Shown: positions 20,038 to 28,691 of the stretch, piece after piece | Layout of the letters: each line of letters starts with the position of its first letter | Numbering within the stretch: position 1 is the stretch's first letter | Origin: an uncultured delta proteobacterium | GTDB lineage: Bacteria; Myxococcota_A; Polyangia; Fen-1088 | NCBI GenBank assembly: GCA_963737265.1 | Contig: CAVTRY010000022.1 | Span: 320,001-384,000, forward strand | Reading direction: 5' to 3' | DNA length: 64,000 bases | The notes under the pieces: model-generated | What the model was told of the DNA's origin: nothing | What the model saw: the letters and a program-made list of their open reading frames with translations, nothing else | Database searches by the model: none | Program-made: the position numbers and the translations under genes

Positions 20038-22065
20038 ATGGGAGTTATCCAGACCATCAATCAGAACTGCCGACGATGCTATTCGTGCGTGCGCGATTGC
20101 CCGGCCAAGGCAATCAAGATCGTCGAGGGTCAAGCCTCGGTGGTCATCGAACGCTGCATCTCGTGCGGCAACTGCACGGTGGTCTGCTCCCAGAACGCCA
20201 AGGCCTACGCCAGCGGCACCGAACGCGTTCTTGAGCTGTTGGCGGGCGGGAAACCGGTGGTCGCGATGGTCGCGCCGTCCTTTCCCGCCGACGATTGCGG
20301 CGAGGATGCCGAGCGCTTGGTGGGCGCGCTTCGCCAGCTCGGGTTCAGCCATGTCGTGGAAGTGGCGTTCGGAGCCGATCTCACCAGCCGCGCCTACCAA
20401 GCGTACATCAAGGAACATCCGACGGGCACGCGCGTGGCGACCGCCTGCCCCGCAGTGGCCGAGTATGTGCGCAAGTACAACCCTGATCTCGTCGGCTGCC
20501 TTATCCCCATCGTCTCGCCCATGATCGCGACCGCCATGGCGGTACAGGCAATCCACGGCAAGGATCACGCGTGCGTGTTCATCGGGCCGTGCGTGGCCAA
20601 GAAGCGCGAAATGCTCGACCCGCAAGTCCCTGCGGTCGTCCAGGCCGTGTTGACCTTCGACGAGCTTCGCCGCCTCTTCGCCGAACGTGGCGTGCGCGTG
20701 GCCGGGGCAACGCCGTCCGATTTCGATCCGCCGCACGCGGGATCTGGGCGCCTCTACCCTTTTGTAGGTGGCCTGCTCAAGAGCGCCGGTATCGAGCGCA
20801 ACACGCTGAATGCCGAGGTCATGGTTCTTTCTGGCGCCCCCGAGATCATTGAGGTCTTGGGCGACCTGCGACCAGACGACCCCGAGCCGTTGTTCGTCGA
20901 GCCGCTCATGTGCCGGGGTTGCTACAGCGGACCCGCGATGCGCGGCGATAGCCGCCGCCTGCAACGCAAACGACGCGTGGCCGAATACGTGAAATCGCGC
21001 TTGGCGGAGGCAACCACGGAACCGACCAAGATGCCCGAGCTCGATCTACATCGCGCCTTCACCCCCGACGACCAGCGCCTGAAAGAGCCCACCGAACAAG
21101 AGATCCGCGTGATCCTGTCGCGCACCAACAAGTTCACCGTCGAGGACGAGCTCAACTGTGGCGCCTGCGGCTACACCACCTGCCGGGCCAAGGCCGTGGC
21201 GGTGTTTCGCGGCCTCGCCGAAGAGGCCATGTGTCTGCCCTTCATGATCGAGCAGGCCGAGCGCGTGTGCCACGAGCTCAAGGTGCCCTGGCCCAATCTC
21301 AAGGACATCCACCGCCACCTTATCAACACCGAGAAGCTGGCTTCCATGGGACAGATGGCGGCCGGGGTTGCCCACGAGCTCAACAATCCCCTCGGCACCA
21401 TTCTGCTCTACACCAACATCCTCATGCGCAAGCTCAAGGAGCGGCCCGACCTCGACCACGACCTCAAGCTGCTCGTCGATGAGGCGAATCGCTGCAAGAA
21501 GATCATCGGCAATCTGCTCGATTTCGCGCGTCAGAATCGCGCCCAGATTGAGCGCACCGACATCGCCGAGCTTCTGCGTCGGGTGGTGGAGGAATCGCTT
21601 TTCGCTTTGAGCGACGTGGGGCCGGGACTCGAGGTCACCTGCGAGGCGCCCATCGATCTTTTCGCCGACATCGACAAGGACCAAATCGGTCAGGTATTGG
21701 TCAATCTGGTGAAGAACGGCATCGAGGCCATGGAGGGCAAGGCCGGCGTCGTGCGCCTGGTTGCCGTCGACGTGCCCGCCACCAGCCGCGTGCGCATCGC
21801 GGTCAGCGACCAGGGACGCGGCATCGCTCCCGAGGCGCGCGACAAGGTCTTTCAGCCGTTTTTCACCACCAAGAGCCTCGGGCGTGGTACGGGACTCGGC
21901 CTGCCCATCGCCTACGGTATCGTGAAAATGCACAGTGGAAGAATTTGGTTCGATTCGGTGCAAGGTCAGGGAACGACCTTCACCCTCGAGCTTCCCAAGA
22001 CCCAATCCCTGCGAAGGAGCATGCCAAATAATGACGAAAAGCCTCAAGATTCTATTTGTCGATGA
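20038..22065 (+). CDS. Sensory-type (group C1-like) [FeFe]-hydrogenase domain fused to a histidine kinase
   Basis: N-terminal 2x4Fe-4S (CRRCYSCVRDCP, CISCGNCTVVC); H-domain variants ATACPAV / GPCVAKKRE / EPLMCRGCYSGP; FeS domain CGACGYTTC...MCLP; then AGVAHELNNPL (H-box), NLVKNG, DQGRGI, PFFTTK, GTGLGL. Confidence 0.88.
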   Translation: MGVIQTINQNCRRCYSCVRDCPAKAIKIVEGQASVVIERCISCGNCTVVCSQNAKAYASGTERVLELLAGGKPVVAMVAPSFPADDCGEDAERLVGALRQLGFSHVVEVAFGADLTSRAYQAYIKEHPTGTRVATACPAVAEYVRKYNPDLVGCLIPIVSPMIATAMAVQAIHGKDHACVFIGPCVAKKREMLDPQVPAVVQAVLTFDELRRLFAERGVRVAGATPSDFDPPHAGSGRLYPFVGGLLKSAGIERNTLNAEVMVLSGAPEIIEVLGDLRPDDPEPLFVEPLMCRGCYSGPAMRGDSRRLQRKRRVAEYVKSRLAEATTEPTKMPELDLHRAFTPDDQRLKEPTEQEIRVILSRTNKFTVEDELNCGACGYTTCRAKAVAVFRGLAEEAMCLPFMIEQAERVCHELKVPWPNLKDIHRHLINTEKLASMGQMAAGVAHELNNPLGTILLYTNILMRKLKERPDLDHDLKLLVDEANRCKKIIGNLLDFARQNRAQIERTDIAELLRRVVEESLFALSDVGPGLEVTCEAPIDLFADIDKDQIGQVLVNLVKNGIEAMEGKAGVVRLVAVDVPATSRVRIAVSDQGRGIAPEARDKVFQPFFTTKSLGRGTGLGLPIAYGIVKMHSGRIWFDSVQGQGTTFTLELPKTQSLRRSMPNNDEKPQDSICR

Positions 22066-22453
22066 CGACCGCGATTTTCTCGCCGCCCAGACCGCCTTCT
22101 TTCGCGGCCGTGGCTACCACGTCGCCAGTATCGATCGCGTCGAGGGCGCGCTCGAGCTCATCGCGCAGGAAAAGCCCGACGTCATCGTGCTCGACCTCAT
22201 GATGGAGCACCACGATTCCGGCTTCCTGCTTGGTCGCCGCATTCGTCGTGATCCCAACATGGGATCCGTCCCCATTATCATGCTGTCCGGCGTGGCTGCG
22301 GCGACCGGACACAAGTTTTCCGCCGACGCCGCCGCGCTCAAGGAATGGATAAAGCTCGATGCCTTCCTCGATAAGCCGGTCACCGGGCGCCAACTCTGCA
22401 AGACCATCGAAGAGAAGCTGGCGGCGCGCGCGCCGGCCGCAGCCGTGGGGTAA
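22031..22453 (+). CDS. Single-domain response regulator (receiver)
   Basis: ILFVDDD, IVLDLMME, VPIIMLSG, DKP; ATG 22031 overlaps the 3' end of the kinase gene. Confidence 0.88.
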   Translation: MTKSLKILFVDDDRDFLAAQTAFFRGRGYHVASIDRVEGALELIAQEKPDVIVLDLMMEHHDSGFLLGRRIRRDPNMGSVPIIMLSGVAAATGHKFSADAAALKEWIKLDAFLDKPVTGRQLCKTIEEKLAARAPAAAVG

Positions 22454-22455
22454 TC

Positions 22456-23916
22456 TTGCCGAGCGTTCTCGTCATCGACGACGAATACGGCGTTCGTTCC
22501 GGGATCCGCCAGATCCTGGAAATGGAAGGCTACGTCGTCGAGCTCGCTGCCACCGGGCGCGAGGCGCTGGCGCTGCTCGACCAGAAGCGTTTCGACATCG
22601 CGCTTATCGACTACCAACTGCCCGACGTGGACGGATTGACCCTGCTGTCGACCATGCGCAGCCGCAAGCTGCCCACCATGACGTGCATGATCACCGCCTA
22701 CGCGAACATCGACACCGCCATCGCGGCCACCCGGCAGGGCATCGACTTCTTTCTGCCCAAACCGTTTTCGCCCGACGATTTGCTCGGCGTGATGGAAACC
22801 CTGTCGCGCCACAAGCGCCTCAAGGAAGAAGCGGAAAAGCTGCGGCGTGAAAACGAGGCGAACTTGCTCGCCTTGGCCACGGAAAAGAGCCAGACGAGCT
22901 CGCTCGTCTCGTCGTTGCGAGACGCGGTACTGGTCATCAATCGTGAGCGCGAGGTGGTGCTAGCCAACCATGCCATGGCGGAGCTGCTCGGGCACGTGCA
23001 GAAAGATCTGCTGCGCAAATCGGTCGACGCCGTGCTGGCCGAGGCATCGCTGGTCGGGCTCGCCGATCTGTTGCCTTCCTCGGGCGATGACGACCGCAAA
23101 ACTTCCGAGCTAACCGTCGGCGACAAGATCTTCTTTGCCAGCGCCGTGACCTTTCGCGGTGACGACGGCGTGGCCATGGGGCGCATCCTGACCCTGGCCG
23201 ACGTGACCGAAATGCGGCGCATGGCCATGGAGAAGCCGCGCTTCATTCGCACCATGGTGCACGAGTTTCGCTCCCCCCTCGGGGCGATTCGCAGCCTCAT
23301 CGAGGTCGCGCTCGACAAGAGCCTGGGCGGCGATGTCGCACCCTACTTGCCCTTCCTCGAACGCGCCGACCGTCGCATCGATAAGATGGTCGAGCTCATC
23401 GGCGACCTGCTGTCGTTGTCGCGCATCGATCTGGACAGGACGGCTAAGGTGTCGGTCGAGAACACGGATTTGCAAACGTGCGTGGCCTCGATTGCGGATC
23501 TCTACCGCGAAAAGATAGCTGCCCAGCAGATGGCATTCGCGATGGCCATCGCGCCTGGCCTCGCAGTTCGGATCGCCGACGAGGATCTTAAAACCGTCCT
23601 TGGCAATCTCGTCGGAAATGCCATCAAGTACAGCCGCGACACGGGCACGGTGCACATCAACGCCGCCCGCACGGACAGCGACATCGCCATCGAGGTCGTC
23701 GATGCCGGCATCGGCATCAAGCCCGAGAACCTGGCGCGCCTTTTCGAGGAGTTTTTTCGGGAAAAGCGGCCCGAAACCCGCGACATCGAGGGCAACGGTC
23801 TCGGCTTAGCGATCGTCAAGCGCCTAGTCGAGCGGGCCGGCGGCCGCGTCGAGGTCGCCAGCGTGCTCGGCCAAGGTTCCACCTTCCGCGTCGTCCTGCC
23901 CGCAAGTCCGGTTTGA
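22456..23916 (+). CDS. Hybrid sensor kinase (receiver - PAS-like - HisKA - HATPase)
   Basis: VLVIDDE...LIDYQLPDVDG...PKPF receiver; DAVLVINRE PAS-like segment; VHEFRSPL, NLVGNAIKY, DAGIGI, GNGLGL, GQGSTF. Confidence 0.9.
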   Translation: MPSVLVIDDEYGVRSGIRQILEMEGYVVELAATGREALALLDQKRFDIALIDYQLPDVDGLTLLSTMRSRKLPTMTCMITAYANIDTAIAATRQGIDFFLPKPFSPDDLLGVMETLSRHKRLKEEAEKLRRENEANLLALATEKSQTSSLVSSLRDAVLVINREREVVLANHAMAELLGHVQKDLLRKSVDAVLAEASLVGLADLLPSSGDDDRKTSELTVGDKIFFASAVTFRGDDGVAMGRILTLADVTEMRRMAMEKPRFIRTMVHEFRSPLGAIRSLIEVALDKSLGGDVAPYLPFLERADRRIDKMVELIGDLLSLSRIDLDRTAKVSVENTDLQTCVASIADLYREKIAAQQMAFAMAIAPGLAVRIADEDLKTVLGNLVGNAIKYSRDTGTVHINAARTDSDIAIEVVDAGIGIKPENLARLFEEFFREKRPETRDIEGNGLGLAIVKRLVERAGGRVEVASVLGQGSTFRVVLPASPV

Positions 23917-23950
23917 CCTACCGCTGCCGCTCCCGTAGCTTGCGCAGTCC

Positions 23951-25441
23951 ATGGATGCGCTTGCGATAGCAATTCTCGCCGCCGGCCTGGTGGCCCTGCT
24001 TGCCAGCGTGGCCCTGCTGGTCGGCTACCGTTTCGAGCGTTTCGTCGGAGTTCGCTACCTTCGACGAGCCACGCCTTCGCGCCCGGTGCGGTTCGGGCTG
24101 TGGACTTCGCTCGCGCTCACCATCGCCGGGCTGCTCGTCACCTTGGCGACGCGCAACCACCAGCGCGGCCTTGAGACGTGCGCGGTGATCGTCGTCGTGG
24201 TGGGCGGGTTCGCCAGCATTCTCTTTCTGCTGCTGCGGGTGTTCTCGGTCTTCACCACCGTTTCCACCATGGGTGTCATGCTCGGGGTGGCCTCGCTGGT
24301 CGTCGTGCTTTCGGTGACCAGCGGCTTCGAGCGCGAATTCAAGGAAAAGGTGCTGGCCGTCAATGCCCACCTGATCGTGACGTCCTATGGGCTGGAACGT
24401 AACGTCGACGAGGCCGATCGCGAGGCGGAGAAAGTGCGCAGGCAACTGGTCGGGTTTCCCGGCCTGGTGAGCACGTCGCGGTTCAGCTTCACCGCTGGCG
24501 AGGTGATGATTGGCAAGGTTGGCGCCAATCTCAAGGGCGTCGAAGTGTCCGAAGGCGTGCCCGAGCTGCGGCACGCGTTGATCGCGGGATCGGTCGACGA
24601 TCTTGCCAAGCCAGCCACCTGCGCGGGCACGGTGGCCGTGGCATCCGAAAGCGAGAAGATCGGACGCCTTATTCTTGGTTCCGATCTCGCCCACCGCGTG
24701 CACGCCGCCGTGGGAGACTGCGTGCAAGTGCTCGTGCCCTTCTCGGGCGACGTGGATTCCGCGCCGAGCGCCTACGCCTTCCGCGTGGTGGGCATTTTTT
24801 CCTTTGGCTTCCAGGAATACGACGCGCGCCTGGCCTTCATTCCCCTCGAAGACGCGCGCCGCCTGGGCAACGCACGCCAATCCATCTTCGGCGTCGAGGT
24901 GCGCTTCGCCGACCCCATGCAGGCCCTCACCGTCGAGGAAGACGTGCAAACGCGCCTCGGTCCCGAGATGCGCATCATCGACTGGAAGACGCTCAACCGG
25001 AATCTCTTCACCGCCCTCGCCATGCAGAAGCTCATCATCTCGCTGCTGCTCGTTCTCATCATCGTGGTCGCCGCCTTCAACATCGTCGCGTCGCTGATGC
25101 TGGTGGTGCTATCCAAGGTGCGCGAGGTCGCCATCCTTGCCTCCATGGGCGCGCGCTCGGGATCGCTCTTGCGTGTGTTCCTGGTGTCGGGCAGTTTCGT
25201 CGGCATCGTGGGCACCGGCTTTGGCATTCTCTACGGCCTGGCCCTGTGCGCCCTGGCCGCGCTCTATGGCTATCCCCTCGATCCCAAGGTGTACCTCATT
25301 GCGCGCTTGCCCGTGGAAGTGTCCCTTCGCGAGGTCCTGTTCGTCGCCGGTGCGACCCAGATCATCTGCTTTCTTGCCACACTCTATCCCGCCAAACGCG
25401 CCGCCCGCCAGCGCGTGGTCGACGGCCTCAAGTACGTGTGA
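23951..25441 (+). CDS. LolC/LolE-family lipoprotein-releasing ABC transporter permease
   Basis: GVMLGVASLVVVLSVTSGF, DWKTLNRNLFTAL, VAAFNIVASL, EVAILASMGA, ATLYPAKRAA. Confidence 0.9.
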   Translation: MDALAIAILAAGLVALLASVALLVGYRFERFVGVRYLRRATPSRPVRFGLWTSLALTIAGLLVTLATRNHQRGLETCAVIVVVVGGFASILFLLLRVFSVFTTVSTMGVMLGVASLVVVLSVTSGFEREFKEKVLAVNAHLIVTSYGLERNVDEADREAEKVRRQLVGFPGLVSTSRFSFTAGEVMIGKVGANLKGVEVSEGVPELRHALIAGSVDDLAKPATCAGTVAVASESEKIGRLILGSDLAHRVHAAVGDCVQVLVPFSGDVDSAPSAYAFRVVGIFSFGFQEYDARLAFIPLEDARRLGNARQSIFGVEVRFADPMQALTVEEDVQTRLGPEMRIIDWKTLNRNLFTALAMQKLIISLLLVLIIVVAAFNIVASLMLVVLSKVREVAILASMGARSGSLLRVFLVSGSFVGIVGTGFGILYGLALCALAALYGYPLDPKVYLIARLPVEVSLREVLFVAGATQIICFLATLYPAKRAARQRVVDGLKYV

Positions 25442-25458
25442 ACGGCATCCGACGCCAA

Positions 25459-26640
25459 CTACGTTTCGGGTACGGCGAGCGGTGCCGCTCTCGCGCTATC
25501 GTTTTCAGGTTGTCGGACCTTGCCCTTGTCGGCGTAGGAGAAGCGGTTCTTGAGACCGTTGATGGGTTTTTCAAACAGGTGCCACGACAGCATGGCGACG
25601 GCGAGCGTGATGGCGAGACCGACGCACGCGTTGGCCAAGTTGTAGCGACCGAAGTACTTGGCCGACCAGCCCAGGCAATTGGGATGAAAGAGATAGAGCC
25701 CGTAGCTGATTTGGCCGAAGTAAGCGAACGGGCGAAAGCCGAGCACGCGCGACGCAGGCGCGTTCGGCCGCTGCCACAGGGTCAGCACTGCTGCTGCCGT
25801 CGTGACTCCAAGCGACAGCGGGCCGAGCGTGGCGAAGAGGCCACCAAAGCCAGGCAAAGGCCGGTAGAACTGCGCGATGAAGACGACGAAGAACGCGCCA
25901 CTCGCGAGACCGAGCCGGCGTAGTCCGCGGGCGCCGATGGCAAGAAAATGGCCCTTACGCTCGATGATGGCGGTGGCGATGCCGAGCCCGAGCAGGTCGA
26001 ACTGCATGGGGGAAAGCACCCAGAAATCGCGGCCGGATCCGGTCCAGTACACCGTGGCCCGGGCAAGTGCCACGGCGACGACAACCCCGATGAGCAATCG
26101 TGCAAGGGCGCGCGGACTGGCCAGCAGAACGACGAGCGGCGCGAGCAGATAGAAATGCTCTTCAACCGCCAGGCTCCAGAGGTGGCCCTCGTGCACTTGA
26201 TTCATGCCCACGAAGAAGGAACGGAAATTCGTGAGATAGGCCAGGTGCCAGGCAAAACTATCGCGCGCAATCGGATCAAGACGACCGGACAGCAGTAGCA
26301 GCACGGCCAAAATCCCGATGAACAGGTAATAGACGGGAAAAATGCGCAGGGCGCGCCGGATGTAGAAGGTCTTGAGCTTGGCCGCGAGCCCGAAGCCGGG
26401 ACGCTGCTTCGCCTTGAGGTCGAGGAGGATGCCGCCGATCAGGAACCCGGACAGGACGAAGAAAATGGGCACGCCAAGATAACCGAAGCGGACGAACGGC
26501 AACTTGCCCCACCGGCTCCATTGCAGGGCGTGGAAGAAGAACACCAGAACGAAGGCGAAAAAGCGCAAGCCGTCGAGGGCGCGGTTGTGGCTCTTGTCGG
26601 ATGGTGCAGCTGACGGCGTTGCTTGGCGGATCCGTTGCAT
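25459..26640 (-). CDS. Acyltransferase family 3 (OafA/YrhL-like)
   Basis: LDGLRFFA, GVPIFFVLSGFLI, FYIRRALRIFP, HLWSLAVEEHFY, GQISYGLYLFH, SWHLFEKP. Confidence 0.92.
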   Translation of the reverse strand: MQRIRQATPSAAPSDKSHNRALDGLRFFAFVLVFFFHALQWSRWGKLPFVRFGYLGVPIFFVLSGFLIGGILLDLKAKQRPGFGLAAKLKTFYIRRALRIFPVYYLFIGILAVLLLLSGRLDPIARDSFAWHLAYLTNFRSFFVGMNQVHEGHLWSLAVEEHFYLLAPLVVLLASPRALARLLIGVVVAVALARATVYWTGSGRDFWVLSPMQFDLLGLGIATAIIERKGHFLAIGARGLRRLGLASGAFFVVFIAQFYRPLPGFGGLFATLGPLSLGVTTAAAVLTLWQRPNAPASRVLGFRPFAYFGQISYGLYLFHPNCLGWSAKYFGRYNLANACVGLAITLAVAMLSWHLFEKPINGLKNRFSYADKGKVRQPENDSARAAPLAVPET

Positions 26641-26723
26641 GGCCTATTGGAACCTTAATACATTCTTGCCGCGCGGATTGCACTTCGCACGGTCTCACGA
26701 CCGAAAGCGGCCGGAGCTTCAGG

Positions 26724-27170
26724 CTACGGCTTCTGCGTCTGCGTTTCGTACTTGGACGGGCACTTGGTCTCGATGCGATCGGAACTTAGGCGGCCGTCGT
26801 TGGCGAGCACGCCAGCGGCAATCACCTCGGCGCCGGGTTTGAATAGGTCGGGCGGGATGCCGTGGAAGTCCACCGTCATCGTTGCGTGCTCGCGCGGCGC
26901 CTTGCTTTCCATGACGAAATGGTAGTCCAGCGTGCCGGCTTGATGGACGAGAGATCCGTCGACCACGTTGCCGTGCACGCGCAGGCGCTTGCCGGTCAGG
27001 TGCGCCTGGCTGTCGCGCGCTTCGTCCACGTGCTTGTAATATTCGGCCCCTTCGCCCAGCGAGGCCCACAGCAACCCGGTCAGCGCGCACGCCGACACCA
27101 CGACCGTAAGAAGGATCTTCCACGCGGTGCGCCGACTGACCGCCCCCGTCTTGCCAGAAACCGCACTCAT
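26724..27170 (-). CDS. ccmE: Cytochrome c maturation heme chaperone CcmE (CxxxY type)
   Basis: N-terminal TM helix, YYKHVDE, LRVHGNVVDGS, PPDLFKPGAEVIAAG, IETKCPSKY. Confidence 0.88.
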   Translation of the reverse strand: MSAVSGKTGAVSRRTAWKILLTVVVSACALTGLLWASLGEGAEYYKHVDEARDSQAHLTGKRLRVHGNVVDGSLVHQAGTLDYHFVMESKAPREHATMTVDFHGIPPDLFKPGAEVIAAGVLANDGRLSSDRIETKCPSKYETQTQKP

Positions 27171-27211
27171 GCGGAAAAGATACCCTCCAATCGCCGCGGT
27201 GCAAGCTGCGA

Positions 27212-28612
27212 CTAGCCCCGACCGATTGCGGCGAGGTTGTGAAAGTAGCGGTGGAACATGGCGATGCCGCCCGCAGCCTGGGACCAAGCGAAGCTCTCGT
27301 TGATGGCGTGGTAGCCATCCTCGGGAAGCGACAGGCCAAGCAGCACGACCTCTTTGCGCAGAACCTTAGTCATGGTCACGACCGCGCCAATCGAGCCGCC
27401 CTCGCGCGTGAGCGCGGGCTTTTTGCCGAAGGTTTCGAGCGAGGCCCGAACCGCTGCCTGCAAAAAAGGACCGGTCGTGTCGGCAAGATAGGGCTCGAGA
27501 GCTGCCTCGAAGATGACCTTGGCGTCAGGACACCTACTGGCGATGAAGCTCTTGATGCGGCGAAGGACTTGGGCTGGCTTTTGGTCGGCGACCAGGCGAC
27601 ACGACAGCTTGGCTTCCGCGGAGTGAGGAACGATGGTCTTGACGCCCGGGCCGCAGTAGCCACCCACGATGCCATGCACCTCGAACGTCGGCGCCGTCAT
27701 GATGGCCTCGCGAAGGCGGGCGTCATCGGAAAAGCGCAGGCTGCGCAAGCCGTGCGCCTTTTGGAATTTCGCCCGAGCAAACCCTGTCAGCGCCAGCTCG
27801 CGGCGCTCGCTTGCGGTGGGTTTGCGGATGTCGTCATAGAAATGCGGAATGCGGACGCGACCGGTGCGGGCGTCGTAGCATTCCGCGATGAGTGCGCACA
27901 GCTCGCCGATTGGATTGCGTGCGGCGCCGCCGGTGGTTCCCGAGTGCACGGCCTTGTCGCCCGTTTGCAGGCGCACCAGGAAGCCGAGCAGTCCGCGCAA
28001 AGCGTAAGGAATCGCCGGCTGTCCCGCGGAGGGCCAAATGGTGTCCGACACCATGATCGAATCGGTGTGCAGTGCCGGCTGTCCCGGGCGACCTTTGACC
28101 AGCGCAGTGAGCGCCGCCGCAAAGCTCGGGCTGCCGATCTCTTCCTCGCACTCCCACAGAAATTGAAAATTGAGCTTCGCCGAGGCCGCCACGGCCAGCC
28201 GGGCCGCCAGCAGCGCGGCGAGCGCCGGGCCCTTGTCGTCGGTAGCACCGCGCCCGTGCAAGCGATCGCCGATGCATTCGAGCTTGAAGGGCGAGGTTCG
28301 CCAACCCTCGCTGTCGGCCGGCTGAACGTCGAGGTGATTGTAGATGGTGACGGTCGGAAACGCTGGGTCTTGAATCAGGCGGCCGAGCACGAGCGGCAGG
28401 CCCGCGGTCTCGACTAGCGCGGCTTCGGCGCCGCTTTCGCGCAGGTACGCGCAGGCAAGCTCGGCGCAGCGCCGAACGTCCGGGTGGCGCTGCGGCTCCA
28501 TGCTGACGGAGGGAAGGGCGACCAGGGCCGCGAGTTTGTCTGCAAATTCCTCGCGCAGATTGGAAATCTCCCGGCGGAGTTGCACAGAATTTTTCGATGA
28601 CGTGCTTTTCAC
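27212..28612 (-). CDS. M20/M25/M40-family metallopeptidase (dipeptidase-like)
   Basis: YNHLDVQPA, GRGATDDKG, ECEEEIGS, HSG..GG, REGGSIG, YHAINE. Confidence 0.9.
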   Translation of the reverse strand: MKSTSSKNSVQLRREISNLREEFADKLAALVALPSVSMEPQRHPDVRRCAELACAYLRESGAEAALVETAGLPLVLGRLIQDPAFPTVTIYNHLDVQPADSEGWRTSPFKLECIGDRLHGRGATDDKGPALAALLAARLAVAASAKLNFQFLWECEEEIGSPSFAAALTALVKGRPGQPALHTDSIMVSDTIWPSAGQPAIPYALRGLLGFLVRLQTGDKAVHSGTTGGAARNPIGELCALIAECYDARTGRVRIPHFYDDIRKPTASERRELALTGFARAKFQKAHGLRSLRFSDDARLREAIMTAPTFEVHGIVGGYCGPGVKTIVPHSAEAKLSCRLVADQKPAQVLRRIKSFIASRCPDAKVIFEAALEPYLADTTGPFLQAAVRASLETFGKKPALTREGGSIGAVVTMTKVLRKEVVLLGLSLPEDGYHAINESFAWSQAAGGIAMFHRYFHNLAAIGRG

Positions 28613-28691
28613 AGCTCAATATTACCAGACGGCATAGTGCGGGCCTCGCCCGCAACGACTCGCCCGTGAACCGCTCCGTCGTCCGGAACTT

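Noticed and set aside
18304-20964. 886-aa minus-strand ORF and other long antisense ORFs over the hydrogenase genes
   Set aside because: Shadow ORFs of high-GC coding sequence; no motifs, and the plus strand carries clear genes.
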